In this document: one piece after another, positions 38,060-47,518 of the stretch | How the letters are laid out: each line of letters begins with the position of its first letter | How positions within the stretch are numbered: the first letter of the stretch is position 1 | NCBI GenBank assembly: GCA_904063045.1 | Contig: CAJFCJ010000082.1 | Span: forward strand, 1-50,709 | DNA length: 50,709 nucleotides | Source of the DNA: Dimorphilus gyrociliatus | Lineage: Eukaryota; Animalia; Annelida | Reading direction: 5' to 3' | The notes under the pieces: model-generated | Seen by the model: the letters and a program-made list of their open reading frames with translations, nothing else | Databases searched by the model: none | What the model was told of the DNA's origin: nothing | Position numbers and translations under genes: made by a program

Positions 38060-39990
38060 TGTCTGCAAATACAGACATGTTGACCATTCATTCTCCTCAG
38101 AAATTCCCTGATGTCTTTTTTTAGGTCATCTAAATTATCATAGTCAACACCTTTCATATAATCTTTTAGTTGTCCAAACAAGAAATTAGTCAGATGGAGC
38201 CAAATCAGGGCTATATGGGGGATGTGGACATATAGACAGGGTCAGGACAATTCGGTCTGGGACAATTCGGCCTGTTTTGGGACAATTCAGTCTGTTTTGG
38301 AACAATTCAGTCTGTTTTTGGGACAATTCAGCCTGTATTTAAATTAAGAATATTACACTTTTTTTAAAACTCAAACAATATATAACATACAATACTGTTG
38401 AAAAGTGACAATAATCTAAAAACTCCAAATATAAATAGAATAGTGGAAGATATAATTAATATTCATTAAATATGATGTGTATAATAATTTGGGTTAACAT
38501 CTAAGTTGTAAAATACTTTTACAACTTAGTTTAAATAGTGTATGTTGTAGTTTTAGGCATGTAGAGTACTCTATAATACTCTTTCAATATTGCTTTCCAT
38601 TGATGAATGAAATGTAACAATTTGGGTGTATTGTGTGAATTTGTGAGCCTGGTTATAAGGTTATGTATTTAGTACCTACGAACTGCCTAAATGTGTACAA
38701 TGAAGCAAATGAAAATGATTTTGAAATTATCAAGAATGGAAGTAAAAGAGGAAAAGATATTTTATTTCATAATAATTTTTCCTTCTCACTAAAAACAAAA
38801 AGCTCTAACATTTGGAGGTGTTCACAAAGATCTAAAAATGAGACCTGTAATGCTTATATTATTCAAAAAGGTTCAAAATTTCTAATAAAAATCCTGAAGT
38901 TGATTTACAAGGATGTGCTTTCCATTTTAAGCAATCAATTTTCAGAAACATTCAGGTATAATTAATTCAAAATTAAAGTATAAATAATTTTTAGCCTTTT
39001 TTTTGCAGAAGCTGGGTTATATCAATGACTATAATAATAAAAACTATGGAGGAAAAATGCTGAGAAAACTCATGTGTCTCTCATATATCCCACATAAATG
39101 CATTGTTTCAACATTTAATGAAATAAAGTATGAACTCTTAGAGAAAAATTTATATGGAGATTTATTAGATTATATGGAAAGGACCTATATCTATAGCAAC
39201 ATTTGGAAACCAAAGTATTGGTCTGTGTACAGCATGACCATCAGAACTAACAATAATGTTGAAGGATGGCACTGCAGACTAAATACAGCAGTAAGAGCAA
39301 ATGAAAATTTCTACAATCTTGTAAATGAATTAGCCAGAGAAGCTGATTTAATTACAATTTATAAGAAGCTACTTTCTGAAAACAAGTTAAAGGGAATGCA
39401 GAGAATAAAACAAGCCTACCAACAATATAAAATATTTAATTTATGGGACAACTTGGAAACTAATAAAATCACTTTAGATAATCTTTTAGATGGATTAGTG
39501 GAGTTTAATAGTAGTTGTTTGTAATTTTGTGTTTTTTTTGTATTTTTTGCTTGTAGTGTTTTGATATTTAACATTCTATACATCAATAGCAAATGTTAAT
39601 AAAGATAAACATTGTTCAAATTACAGTTTTGAATATAAATTTATAGGTTAAATTGTCCTGAAAAGGCTGAATTGTCTCAAAATTCGCTGAATTGCAAATA
39701 GGCCGAATTGTCCCAAAAACAGGCCGAATTGTCTCAAAAACAGGCCGAACTGTTCCAGGCCGAATTGTCCCTACATCAATGATCTGTTTTCTGGGCCATA
39801 TCCTATGTAGTGTCTTCCTTAATATCTTCAGCATCTCCACATGCTGAATGGAGTTGACTGTTTTGACATAATCAATAAATTCAACACAGATTAAACGTGA
39901 ACAGTCCCACAAAACAGTACACATCAGTTTCTCTGCTGATATTTTTAGCTTTTTTTCAGGTGGAGATGATGTGTGTTTATATGTCAAAGA
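38060..39990 (-). mobile_element. mariner copy 3, split by a nested MULE: N-terminal part 39772-39990, C-terminal part 38060-38243
   Basis: 39990-39775 reads SAEKLMCTVLWDC...LKILRKTLHRIWPRKQII. 38235-38095 reads HPPYSPDLAPSD*FLFGQLKDYMKG..DDLKKDIREFLRR. DNA is similar to copy 2; the DNARPH segment is missing at the junction. Confidence 0.85.
38244..39771 (+). mobile_element. Non-autonomous MULE (FLYWCH plus C-terminal remnant) with inverted termini built from about 20-21-bp subrepeats
   Basis: The left end has about 5 copies of ggGACAATTCgGcCTGtttt; the right end has the reverse complement. 38663-38965 encodes a FLYWCH-like finger (SKRGKDILFHNNFSF...NIWRCSQRSKNETCNAYI). 39003-39524 encodes the MULE C-terminus (RTNNNVEGWH). 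The DDE core is absent. Confidence 0.85.
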
Positions 39991-40378
39991 ACTCTTTTCT
40001 AAACTTCCAGTCTAAATATCATTACATTATTATTTCTTAAAAATTTTAAAAAGGAACAAATAGACCTAATAATGACAGGCAAGGGAGACATAAAAACAGC
40101 TAGAGTATTGATGAAAACAGAGAGAGAGAGATGATTTATAAGGGGTAACCTTTAGCAAAAATTTTCTTGTTTCTACCACCAAATTCATATTAAAAGGAAA
40201 TGAGATATTTTCAAATAGTTGTAAACAAATTTTTCACAATTATTCAATTGAATGACAGAAAAATTTTCATATAATTCAACTGGGTGCAAATTTTTCTGAA
40301 AATAAATTCAGAAAACCTGTTTTAATATTAAAAATATTTAAAAAATGGAATATTTAACTTTTACTTTGATAAAAGAAA

Positions 40379-40570
40379 TTGGATGAAACAGAAAATGGCC
40401 CAAAATGCATGGTTTTTACCCTAACCCTAACTCTTTTCATTACCCTTAAAAGTTAGATTGGACTCTTCTAACTGCAAATCAATAGATGTTTCTTTTTTTT
40501 CTAACCCTTTCTTAGCCAAAATATGCTGCCTTTTTAACTCCTACTTGAGGCCATTTTCTATCGATCCCAA
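40379..40570. mobile_element. MITE-like element with about 22-bp inverted repeats and internal CCCTAA
   Basis: ttggatgaaacagaaaatggcc (40379-40400) and ggccattttctatcgatcccaa (40549-40570); agaaa flanks both sides. The related end motif gggatcaacagaaaa occurs near 9700 and 33520, and ggagaaaatggccc at 47772. Confidence 0.55.
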
Positions 40571-40817
40571 AGAAACCTATGTCATTTATTAATAAATAAG
40601 TTTTATATTTTTTTCTTTTTATGTCAATATAGTCTTGCATATAGTGGGATAAAATCTAGTTTAAAAAGAATGAAAATCCAGTTTGACTGGTTGAACCTGT
40701 TTTTTTTTCTGAAAGAACTTATCCCAAGTGAATACAAAGCTTTATTTTTCATATAAAAGGAGTGCTGTTTAGTAAACAACATCATATTTTTGGAGTTTGG
40801 TGTGCAAATTTTTAGAA

Positions 40818-41318
40818 ATGATGAAATACTCTCTTGCAATTATTTTCATTGGAACTCTTCTTCTAAATGTGTCTTCAGGATTCCATTCCAACCTGTTACA
40901 AGAGCTAATGGAGAGAGAAGAATTACTAAGTAAAAGAGGGGTAATTATCCAAAATTAGATTTTAAAGACTTGTCTCTCTAATTATTATTTACTTGCAGAG
41001 TAACGATATGGGAGGTTTAGAAGCATCAATAGCGTGCGAATGGATGTTGAAAGGACTAACTGGTTCAACTGCAAATGCTGCATCTTTCTGTAATGCTCCA
41101 ATGAATCCAAGAACTTCGGATATAAAAATTGTGAGAACATTTTACAAATCAATTATAATGAATAACAAAAACAAAAATTTTTTTTCCCTATTATTTAGTT
41201 AAAGAACATAAAAAATCTGGAAAAGCTTTGTTATGCCGCCTGCAGAGCTGATCGTAATACTGGAATATGCGTAGATAGATGTGATGTTTCTCGTTCATTC
41301 ACTCTCGGAAAGAATTAA
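40818..41318 (+). CDS. Small secreted cysteine-rich prepropeptide, 124 aa, 3 exons (40818-40940, 40999-41130, 41199-41318)
   Basis: MMKYSLAIIFIGTLLLNVSSG-FHSNLLQELMEREELLSKR-GSNDMGGLEASIACEWMLKGLTGSTANAASFCNAPMNPRTSDIKILKNIKNLEKLCYAACRADRNTGICVDRCDVSRSFTLGKN*. Both introns are GT-AG and phase 0 (58 and 68 nt); AATAAA lies about 25 nt after the stop. Confidence 0.85.
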
Positions 41319-41376
41319 AATTAATGTTTAAAAGTTTATTAATAATAAAAAGAAATATAATTTTGAAATTCAATAA

Positions 41377-42181
41377 ATTAAAATTAAAAACAAAATATCA
41401 ACTAACATGGTTGGCAAAAATCCTGTTGGAGCTTACAACAATCATTATCCATTATGTAAATACCAAATTTACATAGTTTGTAATTTCTTAAATGTTGACA
41501 AAGAGTAAATGGATCAAATATACCTTTAGATTCTCTTTTCAATTGATCATCCTATTCTATTATACAATATCTCCATAGAAGCCCTGTCGATCATTTTTGG
41601 ATGCCAAATGCAATCATTCTTGCGCAATACAGGGGAATCTGAGTTTATTAGTCAACACTCCAGTTCAAAAAGTATTCTACAAATTTCCATTATAATACAA
41701 GTCATGAGAAAAATTAAATGTGTCCAGGATAGGTGATTTAGGCTAATATTATATACTTTGCTCATTCTGATGTCAGTGGGTAGATGGTTATTTTTACAAT
41801 GAATATGTTATGTGTCACGATCGCTAACTAGTATTTGATAAGCACCAGTCATTGGGTCATAAATCCATCTCAACTGAAGCAGACATCAACAGTATACGCC
41901 CTTCTAGTCAACAAGATTGGAGAAAGTGTTTGGAAAGTAATCATTTGACAAAAGATTCAATATAATGGAATGAATCTGTTGACATAACTCTTTTCTTTGG
42001 TTGGATTAACAGCATAAAAAAATCTATTGATTCTCAGAAATACAAAAAATTTTAGTATTTGTTCAATAGATTTATTGAATAATAAATTATTTGCTGATAT
42101 TCAAAACAAAGTGGTCGATCGTTTCTTTCTTAAGCGTTTTATGTTCAGATATATTGAATGTTCTTTCTAAATAGTTACTGT
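41377..42181. repeat. Copy B of the composite repeat: left arm about 41377-41630, right arm 42052-42181, with an unrelated middle
   Basis: The arms match 12090-12340 and 12812-12941 in the same order and orientation with similar spacing. Confidence 0.9.
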
Positions 42182-42278
42182 ATTTATCAATAATTGCAAG
42201 TTGTAACAGATAGTTTTAATATTTGAAATATAGATACAAATAGAAAAGGGTGATTTGTTAATTATTCAATTAATCACA

Positions 42279-44397
42279 ATGCTTTCACTTCAAATCTTCT
42301 TCGTATCCTTATCAATTTGCTTTATTAATGGATTTATAACAAGTAAGCCTAATTCTAGTGTTAAATTCAAAAAAATTATGGATTATCTCTTTAAATCTAG
42401 ACATTGGAAAATTGTTGAATGTAGCCAATAAAAAATATTTAGCCAAGTGTCAAGTGTCATCCTTTGCCCCTGGTTATTATGGTCATTATACTTATGAATG
42501 TGAAAATGCTCTTGTACCCACTTGGATTAGTAATTATGAATGGTCTGCCCAATGTTTTAGTTTAGATTGCTTGAATGAGTGGTATCAAGTGGAATTTAGG
42601 AAAAAGTACAATATAACTCACTATTGTCTCAATCAAAGATATGGTCGTAATTCGTCTAAAATGAAGAAGATATCTGTTAATTTTGGAACAAATAGTAACT
42701 ATTTCTACGAAATAAATCTCTACGAAACGTGCCTTTTATTGGAAAGAGAGCAGAGTTCAATAGAAGTTCAAATTATACGAATAACAGTAACTGAATTACT
42801 CCATTTTCCCAACTATATAGGATTTCAAACAGTTTCTTTTTATGCCTTTGATGGTATCTATCTATTCTTTTTTATTATATTACCTTTAAAATGTAGTTTA
42901 TCTATATGTCTAGATGGCGCCACTAGCGATGATGTATTTTTTGAAAATGTTGCCAAATCTTCGTTGGGTGCAACGTGCACATCGTCGGCAGGAAATGACT
43001 GTATTTTCTGTTTAGATGAATTAATCAACACTGATTGGATACCTCAATGCATTATCAGCTGTACAGGGCAGCATATTAGAGTATCATTTGCTTATCCAAT
43101 GAAACCAGAGTTTTTTTGCATTTCCAACAGGTATCTTTATTCCATTTAGAAGAAAAAACTATGATCTAAACTTTCTATTAAACAGACTAAATACAGGTAA
43201 TAGCGTAAAACGGATCTCTGTAACATGGAGCTCTGGTATTCAATTTAATTCAATCACTCTACCTTCAAATTTGAATACTGAATGTTATAATTATACTAAT
43301 AATTTTACTGAATATTGGATTCAATTGGAAATTTTGGATATTTATTCAACATTAGACGTGGCTATAGGCTCAATTGATGTTTATACAAAAAGTAATCAAT
43401 TATAATTATTTTTCCAAAAATGATTTTTCTATTTAAATTCTCTCTCTTTTGGCAGAAATTGACAATTTTATATTTAGTATTCAATCTACTGACTCATTCA
43501 TTTATCAATTATCTAGCGATATCCAATCAAATCTTTCTCTAGTGAGTTTCAAAGTGAAAGATGTCAAGGGAATATGTTCAAGTTTTAATATTGAATTTGA
43601 AAACTTTGAGAAAAGATTAATGGTGACAATAGAACTTGAGAAAAATGGCTTCTCTTTCCTCTCATCAACCTATCCATCCAAAAAAATTGCTCCATTTAAT
43701 CAAACTACTTTGATAAACTGCAATGACTGGAATCATTATTGGTTTGAGTTTACAACTACTCAAATTAAATTTGGTATTTTTGAACAGAATAGAACTCAAT
43801 TGGCATTCATCAATACTGATACAACTGATTATAATATCACTCATTTTGTAATAAGGAATTTAGCATCAAATTCAAATAATAATCTCCATTTTCAGTTTAT
43901 AGGTATTAGTAATCTCTTTTTACAATTTTGAATAATTTTAATTTGAAACTATTTCCGCTTCCGTTTTAGGTGGAAGACAAGTTAAAATTTTAGAATTTTC
44001 AAAAAGTCATTTCTCAATTGTCTATAATTTTTTCCAAGAGTTCATTTACCTGTTTGTACCAAAGAAATCCTTATCAACATTCCTCCATTTTGAATATATT
44101 ACCAGCAATGAATTGAAGATAGCTTTAATTAATCCAGTGGTTATTAAGAAAGAAGAAATGACAACAAATGAAATGTTAAAAAATGATTTAAATGCAGAAA
44201 TAACTACTAGAAATTTTACCAATTTTGGAACCATCTGCAAAGATCAAGCAGTTAATATAATAAAATCAAAAGTAATATTCAAGTGTCAACACAACACCAA
44301 AAATGTATTTCTAGATATCATATTCAAAATTGTATTCAAACTAATCAGCAACATAAATAATGAAATAATATGTGAACTATTCTATTCAAATATTTGA
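42279..44397 (+). CDS. Secreted protein: signal peptide, two F5/8C (discoidin)-like domains, a FAMeT-like domain and an unassigned domain; possibly a truncated PKD1-like ectodomain
   Basis: Exon 1 is 42279-42342 (MLSLQIFFVSLSICFING). Exon 2 starts at 42401 (NVA..Y.AKC.VSS...CENAL...EWSA...EWYQVEF...IT..QR...IRITV..GF). Further GT-AG introns lie at 42853-42913, 43131-43185 and 43902-43969. LINCNDWNHYWFEF resembles the Methyltransf_FA domain. Stop at 44395-44397. Confidence 0.7.
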
Positions 44398-45669
44398 ATA
44401 ACAAATCTCTGTGTTTTGTTCATTTTGTGTACAAAAAATTAATTCAACTCTTCAAATAATGATGAAAAATGAAAGAGTTTTTTTATTATTTTTCAATCAA
44501 TTTCTATTAAGTTTGTCTGTAGAACCATACCATTCCACGCTGGGTCTAGATGTATCCTAAACTTTAAAATGTTAAGAATTTATATACTAAATTCGGCCTA
44601 TATCTGGGATTTATCTGCATATTTTATCAATTGAATTATGCTAACTCTACAACAATTAACAACATTGTTAAAGTAGCCCTATGTATGAAATACTATTTAA
44701 ACTTAACCCTGAAAAATAAGGAGCAAACATACCCAGGTACTAAGCCTTACCTGACTGATGTATGATAAATGTTCGTCATGCAATAGTTTGACTAATAGAT
44801 ATTGTCTTATTAGTTCATCAGAAGTTGTTTAAACATCAAACCATTTTGAAAATTGTTCCAAGTTGATTTCAGGCACAATGAATTGTTTGTGGAAAATCTA
44901 ATTGTGGATACTATTTCACCTGAAATGTCTTTCTAATGTGCCTTGTTTACTTGTATAGGTCGGATATTGTATATGTTTGAAAACACAGGCAAAATAGAGG
45001 TAAACTGAGTATTTTATCATTGAAATGGCTATTTAAAAACTAAGATCTTTAGCCTTGAAAAAACATATTAATTGTGAAATATATTGATAAAACTGTTTTT
45101 TATCATTCTTTAATTATTCATTATTTTCCCTCTTAATTAGTTTATTTTTCAATCCATAAACGCCGTTTTTCTAACTAAAAGGTTTACCTTTTATGAGGAA
45201 AACTTTCCATGTGAGAATTTAATATTGAAATTGAATAGTAAAATTTCACACATTTGTCATTTTACTTGTAACTAATTTAGATCTACTTCTAATTGAAGTA
45301 TAACGTTCACTTGGCCAAATTGCCCCTGTAGATCATCATTGAAATCTCCTTTGATTTTTACAATTGGATTTTTTATGACTGATTAGAAAAGAGCTTACTA
45401 TACAGTGGCATAAAAACTTACAGAGCAATTACAAAATTATTGGACCTCATATATTTGTATTATGATTTATATATTGAGTATTGGAGAAAATTATGATAAA
45501 AGATTTATGAAGGAAATATTATCCTGGGTTAGCTTTATCACAAAGCTAACACGATTTAGCAGAAAGTTTGCTTAGTTTGAAATCTTATAGATGACTTAGT
45601 ATAACCATGAATTATTGGATTTATCATTGAATTCGAAAGGACAAAAGAATATTTAAATTAGCATTCCAA

Positions 45670-46305
45670 TTATCTCCATTTTGCACTATGTGCAAATTGA
45701 TAATAGTAGTTGATGATAGTACAATCCAATAGATACAAATTCACTATCAATAAAGATGATAGAACGCCTATACTACTCCCTTGAGCTTCTATATTAGCAG
45801 CGTTCCAGACATCAGACACTACTCTTCTCCTATTTTTCTTAATTGCTCTCACTACTGGAACGTATAACAATAGATTGATAATGGAATTTGGTACAACGGT
45901 CACGAATGACCAAAAGTACAGAAACGAAACAGGAAATACATTGGCAATTTCACATTCAACAGTAATATTCTCTTTCAAACCAGTCTCGTATAGATTCCAA
46001 CCCATAACTATGGGTTATGTAATTAGTGTCAAGATTAAAGATGACATTCCAACTGTCATAAAAACAAACTGGGTTAAAATGAGACAACCATAGAAATTGG
46101 TTTGTCTGCTTTTCAGAAGAAAATAAACTGATATGCCAATTGAGAAAAAAAAATCTGTACAAGTCATTGCAGTTACACCAAAATTATGTATTTTCTTTAT
46201 ATCTTTATTTATTATACGAATTACGATTAAATTACAGTTTAAAATCAAACCAACAAACTGATTAAAGTGCGTGAGCGATAATATAGCAATTTTAATAATA
46301 TTCAT
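45670..46305 (-). pseudogene. Rhodopsin-class GPCR pseudogene with an internal deletion
   Basis: TM1 GLILN, TM2 AMTCTDFFFSI, C in GCLILTQF and TM3 SSLILTLIT, then TAA in frame with PIVMGWN (end of TM4), ECEI (ECL2 Cys) and TM5 LLLYVPVV. The DRY motif, ICL2 and most of TM4 are missing. Confidence 0.75.
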
Positions 46306-46753
46306 CTTTACACTTCAGTCTTCGAATGAAGAAAATGAAAAGATGGACCTGACAAAGAACAAATGGAACGTATTTGCATAATACATTAATTGCACAAATG
46401 TAACTCTACACTTAATATGGAAATAGTGATTATTAATTCAATTTTCATCAAACAATTTTTTCAAGCAAACCTTGATGATTTATTTTAAATTCATTTGTTA
46501 AAGAACTCTGATTATTTCTTAATAAAACTTGATCAACGTGTACAAAATAAGACTGATTACTATTTCGGAAATGAAAAACTAGGGAAGAACAATCATTGTC
46601 TTGATTCCTAATTTGACCTTTAACCTGGAAGCTAAAGGTCGTGAAGCGTTACGTTTCAAGCTGAAATGTCCTGGCTCAAACTGTGAAGCAACCCTTTGAA
46701 TTAGAATTAGGATTTAAGTACATTTTTGTGTGAATTGCTATTAAAAATTTCTG

Positions 46754-47518
46754 TCAATATATTTTCCTGTCTGAGGGAAAGAAAAAATAATCTTTACAAT
46801 TTGTTCCACTTGTTATTGGTATTTGCTGGAATTCACAGTTTTCTTCTGATTCTCTCATGAAGTATTTTATGTAGATTTCAACATTTCTTAAAGTTCTTTT
46901 TTTACTATTTTGCAGGAATAACATTGAAAACATAAATGCTCTTATAAAAATACTTCCTTTATCTGTTCTCCAAGCCGCTCTATCTGGTATTGTTGAGTTT
47001 AAATGGAATATATCAACTAAGTTGGATGACTTTTCCGAAGATGAGGACAGGGTTATGAAATTTTCATTTGAAGAATTGCTTTTGCCTGAAAGTTAGATAT
47101 TTTAAAGCTAAATTAAAGAGAAAAACAACTATATACCTCGACAACATTGAGTTAAAAAGATTTTAGGTTTATCCTTTAAACAATCCATACTGAATTTCTC
47201 ATACAATTTATCAAATGACATCATATTGTCATCAATTTCAGTCAATGATCTTAATTTAAAACTATCATCACTTCCGTGTGCTAAAATGCAGACAATAACA
47301 GATTTTATTTCATTTTCTTCTTTTGATATTTTTTCCTCGAGATCAGCTATTTTGTCACATAAAGCCAATTTTGTACAATTATACCACTCTTCACTGTTGT
47401 AGTTCAAGCTACTAATCATTGATCTTAGATTTTTCAAATCTGTATTTGTTCCCAATTCTCTATTCTCCAACATTGCAATGATGATAACCATGTTCCTGCC
47501 TCTGGTGTCATATAGTTC
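46754..47518 (-). CDS. Caspase catalytic domain (p20 exon 47137-47518, p10 exon 46754-47085) of the fusion gene
   Basis: Catalytic His codon at 47276-47278 and catalytic Cys codon at 47141-47143; S1-pocket Gln (QCCRG) and Arg (AWR) are present. Confidence 0.92.

Noticed and set aside
38244-38340. CRISPR-like array of about 21-bp repeats
   Set aside because: There are no unique spacers, the context is eukaryotic, and an inverted copy 1.5 kb away identifies the repeats as transposon termini.
44760-45000. PHD-finger-like remnant (IVCGKSNCGY/FHLKCL, YCIC)
   Set aside because: It needs frameshifts to assemble and is too short to assign; at most transposon debris.
6425-46017. TAA/TAG reassigned to Gln, suggested by in-frame stops at 6425, 23027 and 46015 in positions where Gln fits
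   Set aside because: The NLR has one TAA in about 1,590 codons while Gln is routinely CAA, and other genes end normally in TAA or TAG. Ordinary C-to-T nonsense changes or deletions explain the stops.
46590-46700. Structured ncRNA (stem gaccttta/taaaggtc plus tttca/tgaaa)
   Set aside because: It matches no snRNA, tRNA, SECIS or hammerhead consensus I can recognise, and short stems are expected by chance. An Rfam/Infernal search would settle it.
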